Position numbers and translations under genes: made by a program. From Gemmatimonadales bacterium (GTDB lineage: Bacteria; Gemmatimonadota; Gemmatimonadetes; Gemmatimonadales; Gemmatimonadaceae): DNA of 64,000 nt. This document shows positions 30,760 to 40,847 of this stretch, piece by piece (positions within the stretch are counted from its first letter, which is position 1; the number at the start of each line of letters is the position of its first letter). The stretch covers positions 9,542 to 73,541 of the forward strand of contig JBBQSM010000003.1 in assembly GCA_038234895.1 (NCBI GenBank), given 5' to 3'. A model generated the notes under the pieces. That model did no database searches, was not told the origin of the DNA, and worked only from the letters and a program-made list of their open reading frames with translations.

Positions 30760-32895
30760 ATGTCAACCGATTCCACTCCGATGCCCCCAGCTCCAACGGC
30801 AGGGGGCACTCCCGATTCGCCGCCGCCCGGTGGCCCGCCAGCGACCACTCCCTCGTCGGAGACGCTGAGGCACCCGACCGGTCCCGCAGTCGCCCCGCCG
30901 AGAGGCTTGGACGCCAGTGCCGCTTCGCCGGGAACGGAGCTCCGACCCACGACCGGGATGTTCCCGGTCATGGCCCCGGCCCGCGCGCAGCATCATCGCG
31001 ACGAACATCCCACCGGCAAGCGACTCGCCGTCCTGACGCTCACCGCGCTGGGTGTCGTGTACGGCGATATCGGCACCAGTCCGCTGTACGCCATCAAGGA
31101 ATGCTTCGGTCACTTATACGGCCTGCAGCCGACGCGGGAAAACGTCTTTGGCGTTCTGTCGCTGATCGTCTGGGCGCTCACGCTGGTCATCAGCGTGAAA
31201 TACATCAGCTTCATTCTGCGCGCCGACAACCGTGGCGAAGGTGGTACCTTCGCGCTGCTCGCACTGATCTTTCCGAAGCAGCAGTCGGCGACCTCGAAGA
31301 CGCGCGGACGGTTGCTCGTCGCGCTCGCCCTGTTCGGTACGGCGCTGCTCTATGGCGATGGTATCATCACACCGGCCATGTCCGTCCTCGGTGCGATGGA
31401 AGGGCTGAATATCGCCCTGCCGGACCTCGCGCAGTACATCGTGCCGATCACGCTGGTCATTCTGGCGTCGCTGTTCTTCATTCAACCATACGGCACCGAC
31501 ACGGTCGGAAAGGCATTCGGGCCGGTCATGCTCGCGTGGTTCTTCACGATCGGCTCGCTTGGCCTGCTCGAAGTGCTCCAGTCGCCGTGGATTCTGGGCG
31601 CGGTCAACCCGATTCACGCCGTGCGCTTTGTGGCTGCCAATCATACGCTGGCGTTCCTGGTGCTCGGCTCGGTGGTGCTGGTCATTACCGGTGGTGAAGC
31701 GTTGTACGCGGACATGGGTCACTTTGGCGTGCGTCCCATCAGACTCGCCTGGCTGATTCTTGTCTTCCCGGCGCTGCTGTTGAACTATTTCGGGCAGGGG
31801 GCGCTGCTGGTGCGCGAGCCGGCCGCCGCGGCCAATCCGTTCTTTTTGCTCGCGCCCAAGGCGTTTCTCATCCCATTGCTGATTCTCGCCACCGCGGCCG
31901 CCATCGTGGCGTCGCAGGCGATGATCACGGGCGCGTTCTCGGTCACCCGGCAGGGTATTCAGCTCGGCTATATCCCGCGGCTTGAGATCCGTCATACCTC
32001 CAAGACTGAAGAAGGACAGATCTACATCCCCGAGGTGAACTGGTTCATCGCGGTCGGCTGTCTGCTCATCGTGGTGGGATTCAAGAACACGTCGGCGCTC
32101 GGTGCGGCGTACGGTATTGCTGTCACCGGCACCATGCTCATCACCACGATCCTCTTCTACTTCGTGGCGCGACTACGCTTCCGTTGGGAAGCATGGCAGG
32201 CGCTCGCCCTCACGGCGTTTTTGCTGGTTCTGGACATCGCGTTCTTCAGCGCGAACGTGATCAAGTTGATGCACGGCGGATGGGTCCCCATGGCCCTCGG
32301 CGTGATTCTGTTCATGCTCATGCTCACGTGGAAGCGCGGCCGGTTGCTGCTCCACGAACGACTGCGTGAAGGGTCGATGCCGCTGACGCTGTTCCTTGAT
32401 GGCGTAGAAAAGTCTTCGGTGCATCGCGTGGCCGGCACGGCCGTCTTCATGACCGGCAATGACGATGGCGTGCCACCAGTGCTGCTCCATCATCTCAAGC
32501 ACAACAAAGTCCTGCACGAGCGCGTCCTGCTCGTCTCGGTCAAGACGTCGGACTCGCCGGAAACGAGCGCCAGTGATCGCGTGCGCGTCATTCCGCTCGG
32601 GCAGGGCTTCTGGCGTGTCGTGGCGACGTACGGCTTCATGCAGTCGCCGAACGTGCCGCAGGTACTGGAGGTCGTGGATCAGATGGGCATCCGCTGCCGC
32701 CCGATGGAAACGAGCTATTTCCTCGGCCGAGAGCGACTCATCCCGTCGAAGGGACGAGCGGAGGACACGTTCACAATCTCGCGCTGGCGTAAAGTCGTCT
32801 TCGCGATCATGGCGAGAAACGCGCGATCCGCGACGGAGTTCTTCGGCATTCCACCCAATCGGGTGGTCGAGCTCGGCACCCAGATCGAATTCTGA
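30760..32895 (+). CDS. kup: KUP/HAK/KT potassium transporter
   Basis: GVVYGDIGTSPLY; DNRGEGG; GDGIITPA; EALYADMGHFG; GQIYIP; AYGIAVT; RVVELG. Confidence 0.96.
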   Translation: MSTDSTPMPPAPTAGGTPDSPPPGGPPATTPSSETLRHPTGPAVAPPRGLDASAASPGTELRPTTGMFPVMAPARAQHHRDEHPTGKRLAVLTLTALGVVYGDIGTSPLYAIKECFGHLYGLQPTRENVFGVLSLIVWALTLVISVKYISFILRADNRGEGGTFALLALIFPKQQSATSKTRGRLLVALALFGTALLYGDGIITPAMSVLGAMEGLNIALPDLAQYIVPITLVILASLFFIQPYGTDTVGKAFGPVMLAWFFTIGSLGLLEVLQSPWILGAVNPIHAVRFVAANHTLAFLVLGSVVLVITGGEALYADMGHFGVRPIRLAWLILVFPALLLNYFGQGALLVREPAAAANPFFLLAPKAFLIPLLILATAAAIVASQAMITGAFSVTRQGIQLGYIPRLEIRHTSKTEEGQIYIPEVNWFIAVGCLLIVVGFKNTSALGAAYGIAVTGTMLITTILFYFVARLRFRWEAWQALALTAFLLVLDIAFFSANVIKLMHGGWVPMALGVILFMLMLTWKRGRLLLHERLREGSMPLTLFLDGVEKSSVHRVAGTAVFMTGNDDGVPPVLLHHLKHNKVLHERVLLVSVKTSDSPETSASDRVRVIPLGQGFWRVVATYGFMQSPNVPQVLEVVDQMGIRCRPMETSYFLGRERLIPSKGRAEDTFTISRWRKVVFAIMARNARSATEFFGIPPNRVVELGTQIEF

Positions 32896-32936
32896 CCGCC
32901 AGCGTCTTCACCCGCGCGGCACTTCTCCAGTGACGA

Positions 32937-35285
32937 ATGACAGAATCCAGCGCGCTGCACGCAACGGATGCTGACGGTACTCCCTTCGTTCCGCTCTCAC
33001 CGGAGCAAGGTGCGCTGTTTGCGCTCAGTCCGCTTCCGGTGCTCGTGCTTGACGGGAACTTCCGCATCAGGTTCGTAAACGAAGCCTCGGCAGCGCTGGG
33101 CAAGGTGGATGCGACAACGCTGATTGGACAAAACGTCTGGCAGCGCTATCCGGAGTTGCAGGGTTCGATCTTTCAGCAGGCGTATGCGGCGGTCCTGCGA
33201 GAACAGAAGGCACAGCACTTCGAGGAATACAGCGCAGCCACCGATTCATGGAACTCCGTCTTCGCCTATCCCGGCGACGGCGGCGTAGTCGCGATCCTCG
33301 ACGATGTGACCACACAACGTCGCGCCGAACGCGCGCTGCGTGACAGCGAGGCAGCTCTCGCGCGTGCGCAGGAACTCGCATCCATCGGCAGCTGGGTCTG
33401 GACGCTCCCATCCACGCTCACCTGGAGCGCGGAGATCTTTCGTATTCTCGGCGTCGATCCCGCAACGACTCCGCCCGACTTCGACCTGATTCGCGACCGT
33501 CTCGTCAGCGACGACGAGCGGACGGCGTGGACCGATGCAGTGCGCGAGCTCCGATACGGACGCGACTTCGAGATGCAGCTCTCCGTGCGTCGGGATGACG
33601 GCGCCATCGTCGTCGTTGTGGTGCTCGCGCGCGTCTCGCTGGCGCCGGGCGGCGCGACGGCACGCGTGTTCGGTACGTTACAGGATCTCACCGAACGACT
33701 GCGCACCGTCGAAGCGCTGCGCCGCAGCGAAAAGACTCTTCGACTCGCGCAGGAAGCGGCGAACATCGGCAGCTTCGATCGCGACCTCCGCACTGGGCAG
33801 ACACGTTGGTCCGACCAACTCATCCGCATTGTTGGACTCGATCCGGCCAACTACGAATACAACGAGATCGTTGATGCGGAACAGCACCAGTTCGTGCATC
33901 CCGACGATCGGATACGCCTCAGGAGAGCGTGGCGTCGTGCCATCGCAACCGGAGAGAAGCAGGTGTTGCGCCATCGCATCATCCGCCGCGATGGTGACGA
34001 ACGTCATCTCTTGTCGTACGCGATGCTCGTGCGCAATGCGAAGGGCGAGCCGTCGCGCCTCGTGGGCACGGCACTCGACATCACCGATCAGGTGCGGGCC
34101 GAGGAGGAACAGGCGAAACTGCAATCGCAGATCCAGCAGGCGCAGAAGCTCGAGTCGCTCGGTGTACTCGCTGGTGGCATCGCGCATGACTTCAACAACC
34201 TGCTGGTCGGCATACTCGGCAACGCCTCTCTGGCGCTGCTCGATCTCGAGCTCGAGTCACCAGCGCGTCGCAGCGTCGAGGAGATCGAGCAAGCAGCGCA
34301 GCGCGCGGCCGATCTCACGCGCCAACTGCTCGCATACGCCGGCAAGGGACGCTTTGTCATCGAGACGGTCGACACGTCGCTGGTCGTGAGCGAGATGGCG
34401 TCCCTGTTGCGCACCGCGGTGCATCGCAATGCGACCATGCACCTCGACCTTCCGGTCACGTTGCCCAGCATCGAGGTGGACTCCACCCAGTTCCGTCAGG
34501 TGGTGATGAACCTCATCACGAACGCCTCCGATGCGTTGAACGAGTCGGAGGGTGTGATCAGCATCCGCACAGGGGTGCAGCACCTTGGCGCAGAGCAGCT
34601 CCTTGCGTGTGTGCAGGTCACCGATGCGTCGCCGGGCGAATTCGTTTTCATCGAAGTTCGCGATTCCGGATCGGGGATCGAGGCGGAGCTGCTGCCACGC
34701 ATTTTTGATCCGTTCTACTCCACCAAGTTCACCGGACGCGGACTCGGTCTCGCAGCCACCCTTGGCATCATGCGCGGGCACGGCGGCGCCATTCGTGTGA
34801 CGAGCGACGTGGGGATCGGCACCATCTTCACGCTGTTCTTTCCGGCAAGTCTGCAACGCGCGCGTGTGGAGGAGCGGCCGCAGGGGAGCGGATGGCGGTC
34901 GCATGGCCGTGTGCTGGTGGTGGACGACGAGGCGAGCGTTCGTGCGGTCACCCGAGCGCTCCTGCAGCGACGCGGCTTCGTGGTGGACGAGGCGGAGGAC
35001 GGGCACGAGGCGCTTCGCAAATTTGAGCGCGCGCCCGATAGCTACTCGCTCATCATGCTCGACCTCACCATGCCCGGGCTCGGCGGCGAAGAGACCTTTC
35101 GCGCCCTGCGCGCCCGCAAACACGACGTTTGTGTGCTACTCATGAGCGGATACGATGAGCAGGAGCTCTCGCAGCGCTTCGTGGGCAGCGGGCTCGCGGG
35201 GTTTCTGCAGAAGCCGTTCCGTGCCGACGACCTCTATACCACAATCGCCCGCACAATAGATGTGCGGGCGATCGATTTCTACTGA
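32937..35285 (+). CDS. Cytoplasmic PAS-domain hybrid histidine kinase/response regulator (CckA-like architecture)
   Basis: Three PAS/PAC segments; H-box GGIAHDFNNLL; N-box NLITNASDA; DSGSGI; FDPFYSTK; GRGLGL; receiver VVDD..MLD..QKPF. Confidence 0.93.
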   Translation: MTESSALHATDADGTPFVPLSPEQGALFALSPLPVLVLDGNFRIRFVNEASAALGKVDATTLIGQNVWQRYPELQGSIFQQAYAAVLREQKAQHFEEYSAATDSWNSVFAYPGDGGVVAILDDVTTQRRAERALRDSEAALARAQELASIGSWVWTLPSTLTWSAEIFRILGVDPATTPPDFDLIRDRLVSDDERTAWTDAVRELRYGRDFEMQLSVRRDDGAIVVVVVLARVSLAPGGATARVFGTLQDLTERLRTVEALRRSEKTLRLAQEAANIGSFDRDLRTGQTRWSDQLIRIVGLDPANYEYNEIVDAEQHQFVHPDDRIRLRRAWRRAIATGEKQVLRHRIIRRDGDERHLLSYAMLVRNAKGEPSRLVGTALDITDQVRAEEEQAKLQSQIQQAQKLESLGVLAGGIAHDFNNLLVGILGNASLALLDLELESPARRSVEEIEQAAQRAADLTRQLLAYAGKGRFVIETVDTSLVVSEMASLLRTAVHRNATMHLDLPVTLPSIEVDSTQFRQVVMNLITNASDALNESEGVISIRTGVQHLGAEQLLACVQVTDASPGEFVFIEVRDSGSGIEAELLPRIFDPFYSTKFTGRGLGLAATLGIMRGHGGAIRVTSDVGIGTIFTLFFPASLQRARVEERPQGSGWRSHGRVLVVDDEASVRAVTRALLQRRGFVVDEAEDGHEALRKFERAPDSYSLIMLDLTMPGLGGEETFRALRARKHDVCVLLMSGYDEQELSQRFVGSGLAGFLQKPFRADDLYTTIARTIDVRAIDFY

Positions 35286-35294
35286 CGCGAACCG

Positions 35295-38200
35295 TCAGTC
35301 ACCCATCGCCGGCACTGCATCAATTCCCTGCTGCGTCGTGCGACGCCGCGCCTTTCGGGCGGCGCGTTGCGTCTTGATTTCGTCGAGATACGTGTAGACG
35401 ACCGGCGTGACGTACAGTGTGATGAGCTGCGAGAACGCCAACCCGCCTACCACCGCCAGGCCGAGCGGCTGCCGCGATTCAGCACCGGCGCCGTAGCCCA
35501 CGGCGATCGGCAGCGTGCCCATCAACGCCGCCATCGTCGTCATGGTGATGGGGCGGAAGCGCACGCGCGCCGCCTCCATGATCGCTTGGGCCGGTGACAT
35601 GTTGTGCTCACGCTCCGCCTCGATGGCGAAGTCGATCATCATGATCGCGTTCTTCTTCACGAGCCCGATCAGCATAATGATGCCGACGTACGCGTACACG
35701 CTCAGATCCTTGCCGAAAATCAGCAGGGTGATGAGCGCGCCCACTGCCGCGAACGGCAGTCCCGAGAGAATTGTGAGTGGGTGAACAAAGCTCTCGTAGA
35801 GAATGCCAAGCACCATGTAAATCACGAAAATCGCGACAAAGAGCAGCGCCAGCAGTCCGCTTTGCGCCTGCGCAAACGCCTGCGTGTCACCCGAGAGCGC
35901 AGTACTGACGTCTGACGGCAGAATAGCACGCGCTTCGCGCTGCACTGCCTCCACCGCCGTGCCCAGCGCGACGGTCGGCCGCGTGTTGAACGAGATGGAG
36001 ACCGACGGCAACTGACCGTTGTGCTGAATCGACTGCGGTCCGACGCCCTTGGTGAACTTCGCCACCGATCCGAGCTCGATCAGGTTGCCGGTGTTCGAGC
36101 GGATAAAGAGCTGGCTAAGCGCCGCCGGGTCGGTCTGGAATTCCGGCTTGAGCTCAAGCACAACCCAGTACTGGTTGGTTTGCGTGTAGATCGTGGAGAC
36201 CTGACGCGACCCGTACGCGTTGTACAATGCCTGTTCGATCTGCGCCGCGGTCACTCCCAGCGCCGACGCGCGCTCCCGATCGATCTCGATGCCTACCTGC
36301 GGATTGCCGACCTGCAAGTCGCTGGAGATGTTCTCCAATTCTGGCAGTTCGCGCATGCGTGCCTCGAGCTGCCGCGCCGAGGTGTAGAGCAGAGCAATGT
36401 CGGCTGCCTGCAGCGAAATCTGGTAGGCGCTGTTGCCGCGTCGGCCGCCGATATTGATGGGCGGTTGGTTGCGGAAGAACACCTGCACACCGGGCACCTT
36501 GGACGTCGCGCGCGTGAGCTGGCGCATGACCTCGTCCACGTGCGGACGTTCGCCTGCGTCGACGAGCGTCATCTGCAGTCGGCCGCTGTTGCTGCCACCG
36601 CCACCGCCGCCGCCGACTGAACCGAGCACGAACTTTACGTTCGGATCCTTCTGCACGATCAACGAAACTTCCCGCACCTTGGCGGCCAGCGCATCGAAGC
36701 CCACGCCTTCCGGCGCTTCCACGGAACCGGACAGACGGCCCGTGTCTTCCGACGGCAGGAAGCCCTTGGGGATGTAGATGAACAGTCCGACCGTGAGTGC
36801 CAGCATGACCGCACTGAACGCCAGCGTCAGGCCACGATGATTCATGACCCAACCGAGCGTGCGAATGTAGCCACCCTCCGTTTTCTGGTAGAGCCGTTCG
36901 ATCGAGCGCCACTTGCCATTCACGTCGGTGTGCGCGTCTTCGGCGCGCAGGAATCGCGCGCAGAGCATGGGCGTCAGCGTCAGCGACACAAAGCCCGACA
37001 CGAGAATCGCCACGCCGATGGTCACGGCAAATTCGCGGAAGAGCCGACCCACCAGACCGGGCATGAACAGCAACGGAATGAAGACGGCCACAAGCGACAG
37101 CGTCATGGAGAGAATCGTGAAGCTGATCTCCTTGGAGCCGTCGAGCGCCGCCTGCATCGGCGTCTTTCCCTTCTCGATGTGCCGCACGATGTTCTCGAGC
37201 ATCACGATCGCATCGTCGACCACGAAACCGACGGCGAGCGTCAGTGCCATCAGCGACAGGTTGTCGAGACTGTAGTCGAGCATCCACATGATCGTACACG
37301 TGCCGATCAGCGAGAACGGCAACGCCAGCGACGGAATGATCGTCGCACGCACATTTCGCAGGAACAGGAAGATCACCATGATGACGAGGAACAACGTCAG
37401 CAGCAGGGTGAACTTCACGTCGTCCACGGAATGCTTGATCGACACGGCGCGATCAAAGATCGTCTCGACCTGCACGCTCGGAGGGAGCTGCGGTGCGAGT
37501 TCGTCCATGATCTTCTGCACGCCTTCGGACACCTTCACCGTGTTCACGCCGGGTTGGCGAATGATCGCCAGCGCGATGTTGCTGCGGCCGTTCAACTCGC
37601 TCATGCCGCGCGTGTTCTGCAACCCGTCAATCACGTTGCCCAGATCGCCCAGACGCACCGGTGCGCCGTTTCGGTAGGCGACCACCAGCGCGCGGAACTC
37701 TGTGGCATTCTTGAGCTGCCCCGACGCCTGCAACGTGAAGGACTGATTCGGTCCCATCAGGATGCCGGCGGGCGTGTTTGAATTGCCCTGATTGATCGCC
37801 GCCTGCACTTCATCGATGCCGATGCCGCGCGCCTTCATCGCGTTCGGGTCGAGCTGCACGCGCACCGCGTACTTGGCCGAGCCGTACACCTGAACCTGCG
37901 CCACACCGGTCACGGTGGAGATGCGCTGCGCGATGAACGTTTCGGCGAACTCGTTCAACTCGACGCGGGAGAGCTGGTCGGAGTTGAGGCTGTACATCAT
38001 GATCGGCGAATCGGCACCGTTCGCCTTGTTGTACGACGGCGGGTTGATCCCCTGCGGCAGTTGGCGCAGCGTTTTCGAGATGGCCGACTGCACGTCGGCC
38101 GCCGCCTTGTCGATATCACGATCGAGATTGAACTGCAGCGTGACGTTGGTGCTGCCCTGCGAACTCGACGACGTGATATTGTCGATGCCGGACACCGTGG

Positions 38201-38414
38201 TAAACGCCTGTTCGAGCGGCGTCGCGACCGAGGTGGCCATGACCTCCGGACTCGCGCCCGGCAGGTTCGCCGAAACGGTGATCGTTGGGTAGTCGATGGT
38301 GGGCAGGTCGCTCACCGGCAACTCGCGATACGCGAGCACACCGAAGACGAGAATGCCGAGCATGACCAACGTGGTCATGACCGGCCGCTTGATCCAGATC
38401 GAACTCAGATTCAT
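35295..38414 (-). CDS. RND efflux permease (MdtB/MdtC-like)
   Basis: IKRPVMTTL; GFVVDDAIVMLENI; GLVKKNAIMMIDFA; RFRPITMTT. Confidence 0.95.
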   Translation of the reverse strand: MNLSSIWIKRPVMTTLVMLGILVFGVLAYRELPVSDLPTIDYPTITVSANLPGASPEVMATSVATPLEQAFTTVSGIDNITSSSSQGSTNVTLQFNLDRDIDKAAADVQSAISKTLRQLPQGINPPSYNKANGADSPIMMYSLNSDQLSRVELNEFAETFIAQRISTVTGVAQVQVYGSAKYAVRVQLDPNAMKARGIGIDEVQAAINQGNSNTPAGILMGPNQSFTLQASGQLKNATEFRALVVAYRNGAPVRLGDLGNVIDGLQNTRGMSELNGRSNIALAIIRQPGVNTVKVSEGVQKIMDELAPQLPPSVQVETIFDRAVSIKHSVDDVKFTLLLTLFLVIMVIFLFLRNVRATIIPSLALPFSLIGTCTIMWMLDYSLDNLSLMALTLAVGFVVDDAIVMLENIVRHIEKGKTPMQAALDGSKEISFTILSMTLSLVAVFIPLLFMPGLVGRLFREFAVTIGVAILVSGFVSLTLTPMLCARFLRAEDAHTDVNGKWRSIERLYQKTEGGYIRTLGWVMNHRGLTLAFSAVMLALTVGLFIYIPKGFLPSEDTGRLSGSVEAPEGVGFDALAAKVREVSLIVQKDPNVKFVLGSVGGGGGGGSNSGRLQMTLVDAGERPHVDEVMRQLTRATSKVPGVQVFFRNQPPINIGGRRGNSAYQISLQAADIALLYTSARQLEARMRELPELENISSDLQVGNPQVGIEIDRERASALGVTAAQIEQALYNAYGSRQVSTIYTQTNQYWVVLELKPEFQTDPAALSQLFIRSNTGNLIELGSVAKFTKGVGPQSIQHNGQLPSVSISFNTRPTVALGTAVEAVQREARAILPSDVSTALSGDTQAFAQAQSGLLALLFVAIFVIYMVLGILYESFVHPLTILSGLPFAAVGALITLLIFGKDLSVYAYVGIIMLIGLVKKNAIMMIDFAIEAEREHNMSPAQAIMEAARVRFRPITMTTMAALMGTLPIAVGYGAGAESRQPLGLAVVGGLAFSQLITLYVTPVVYTYLDEIKTQRAARKARRRTTQQGIDAVPAMGD

Positions 38415-39655
38415 GGCTTACTGCCTCCTTGCTGGCGCGCGCCCGATGCACCGTTGCCGGACGACCGTCCGACCCGCGTCCCCATCGCCGAATCGCCTCG
38501 TCCACCGCCGGCGGGTGCGAGCCCGCGGATCTCCACCTTGGCGCCGTCTGTCAGACGCGTCTGTCCGTCTACGATGAGCTGCTCACCGCCAACTAAACCG
38601 CTGTCGATCTTGCTGAGCTGGCCGAACTGTCGCCCCACCTTCACCAGCACGCGCCGCGCCTTCGACTCCTCGCCGATCACGTACACGTACGACCCCGATG
38701 CTGTCGTGACCACGGAGACCGAGGGCACGGTGATGGCCTGGCTGTCCACGCTCAACTCCAAACCGACCGTGACGAACTGGCCGGGCCATAGCGCACGCGT
38801 CTCGTTGGCTACGCGAGCCTTGAGCAGGACAGAGCCGGTCGCGCGATCCACGAGATTGTCCACGAACGTGAGCACGCCTGAAACGGTTCGCGTCGTGTCG
38901 CCACCGCTTGGGGTCACGCGAACAGGGAGCGCCTTGTCGAGCCCCGCACGCCGGCGCATTTCCTCGAAGTCGCGTTCCTGCACGCTGAAGCGCACCAACA
39001 CCGGCCGCAGTTCATTGATGGTCACCAACGGCACATCGGTCTGCGCGCGCACGAGGTTGCCCGCTTGTATCGCGAGCTGACCTGTACGACCAGAAATGGG
39101 CGCACGCACGGTGGTGTTCTCGAGCGCGATGCGCGCCGCGTCCAGCGAGGCGGTGCCGGCGGCCACGGTCGCGACCAGCGACGAGGCTTCCGCAAAAGTC
39201 TGGTCGAGCTGTTGCCGGGTGACGTAGCCGTCCTTCGCCAGCGCAGCGAAACGCGCTGAATCGGAGCGGGCTCGGGCCAGCGTGGCCTGATCGCGCGCCA
39301 GCGTCGCCTGGACGCGATCCACCTCGGCACGGAATGGGCGGGGATCGATCTGGAAGAGCAGCTGCCCCCGGGTGACCTCGTCGCCTTCCTTGATCGCGAC
39401 ATTGGTGAGCATGCCGGAGACCTGCGCCTGCACGGCGACGGTGCGATTGGGCTCGACCTCGCCGTTGGCGGTCACGACGTACGGCAGCGGTCCGCTGACG
39501 ACGGTGTCGATGGCGACGGTGGGCGCTGGACGCTGGGGTCTCGGTTTCTCCTTGCAGCCGACCAGAACGAAAAGGAGTGACGCTGCAGCGATGCGCGTCA
39601 AAGACTGTGGATTGGGGCGGCGCACGAAGCGGGGCCCGATATCAAGAAGGTGCAT
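38411..39655 (-). CDS. RND periplasmic adaptor (MdtA-like lipoprotein)
   Basis: VLVGC lipobox; LFQIDPRPF; RAPISGRTG; DNLVDRATG; LWPGQFV; start uncertain. Confidence 0.9.
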   Translation of the reverse strand: MHLLDIGPRFVRRPNPQSLTRIAAASLLFVLVGCKEKPRPQRPAPTVAIDTVVSGPLPYVVTANGEVEPNRTVAVQAQVSGMLTNVAIKEGDEVTRGQLLFQIDPRPFRAEVDRVQATLARDQATLARARSDSARFAALAKDGYVTRQQLDQTFAEASSLVATVAAGTASLDAARIALENTTVRAPISGRTGQLAIQAGNLVRAQTDVPLVTINELRPVLVRFSVQERDFEEMRRRAGLDKALPVRVTPSGGDTTRTVSGVLTFVDNLVDRATGSVLLKARVANETRALWPGQFVTVGLELSVDSQAITVPSVSVVTTASGSYVYVIGEESKARRVLVKVGRQFGQLSKIDSGLVGGEQLIVDGQTRLTDGAKVEIRGLAPAGGGRGDSAMGTRVGRSSGNGASGARQQGGSKP

Positions 39656-39812
39656 TCGCTGGGCGAACGTCTAAACGGAATGGCGCACGCCAACACGCGC
39701 CTGTGGAAGTCGCAGTGAGGCGCGCCCGATGGACTGAGGGCGTTCTCTGTCAGAAGATAACGCCCGCTGCCGGAATTCCGTTGCCCGCCCTCCCGCGGCG
39801 CCCTCTGGCGGC

Positions 39813-40778
39813 TTACCGAATCGTGACCGTGCGGCGGACGATGACCGGCGGACGTGGGTACGTAAACCTCACGCCTCCCTCTCCGTCGCCGATCCGGAAA
39901 TTGAAACCCTGCGACGGCAGTTCGGACTGCTTGACCGATTTGACTGCGACCTCGCGATACCGACCGCCGCCATACACACGCAGCGTCACCGTGCTCCCGG
40001 CCTCGCCCTTTTGCACCTCGCGAATGAACCGGTTTACGCGAGCCTCAACGGCCGCCCAATCTTCGGCATCCTCGCGCGGTACCCGTACGTCCACGCCGTT
40101 CACGGCGGCCACCCGCTCACCTTCCACGATTCCAGCCAGCTCCGCAGGACCCTTGGCCACGACGGAGGAGATGAAGAGTCCCAGCGTGTCGCGCACACTC
40201 CCACTCGCGCCCACGCTCAGGCCGATCGCGGGCCGCGAGTTGCCGGTCGTCCAGCTGTCCTGCCCCATCCGGCGCTCACGAACGCCCTCAAGATCGGCCG
40301 CGGACACCGTCGTCACGGTGACCGCGCGGGTCGTGCCACCGCTGGAGACCCGCAGGGACACATCATCACCCGGCTTGGCCTTGGCGAGCGTACGCTGCAA
40401 CCGACGCTCCGTGGTGCCGGCGAGTGCTGGATCAGCCGCGTCGACCGCACTCAGCTTCAGCGAGACGCCGTTGATCTCCGTGATCACGTCGCCGGCCTTG
40501 AGCCCGGCCTTGGCCGCCGGCCCCTCCGCTCGAACATCGTCGATTTTCACGCCGTCAGCCTCATGCGCGTTGTCGGCGGCGAGTGTCACGCCAAGTACGG
40601 CGCGGTTGCTGCTCCCCATAAAAACGGCCATGCCGCCGGGCAGTCGCTCAATACGCACCTCGACCGGCTCGCGCGGCCGTGGTGGCTCGGGCGGTCGCGA
40701 CTGCGCGTCCAGCGTACGCAACGTGGGGAAGGCAAAGGTCGCGGCGAGGAAAAAGGTCGTGCACATCGTGGTTCGCAT
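39813..40778 (-). CDS. Secreted tandem PDZ-domain protein
   Basis: Signal peptide; AVLGV..GPAAKAGLKAGDVITEING and AIGLS..GPAELAGIVEGERVAAVNG. Confidence 0.85.
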   Translation of the reverse strand: MRTTMCTTFFLAATFAFPTLRTLDAQSRPPEPPRPREPVEVRIERLPGGMAVFMGSSNRAVLGVTLAADNAHEADGVKIDDVRAEGPAAKAGLKAGDVITEINGVSLKLSAVDAADPALAGTTERRLQRTLAKAKPGDDVSLRVSSGGTTRAVTVTTVSAADLEGVRERRMGQDSWTTGNSRPAIGLSVGASGSVRDTLGLFISSVVAKGPAELAGIVEGERVAAVNGVDVRVPREDAEDWAAVEARVNRFIREVQKGEAGSTVTLRVYGGGRYREVAVKSVKQSELPSQGFNFRIGDGEGGVRFTYPRPPVIVRRTVTIR

Positions 40779-40847
40779 GATTCGGTCCCGGGCAGGAGGT
40801 GACGACCATGCGACACGCACGATGACGCGAGGGTTTCCTGCCCCGCG

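Noticed and set aside
30640-30760. Fluoride riboswitch-like GCTGATGACTC or a c-di-AMP riboswitch upstream of kup
   Set aside because: The 5' GGCGATGG..CGCC element and ydaO consensus segments are absent; an Rfam scan would be decisive.
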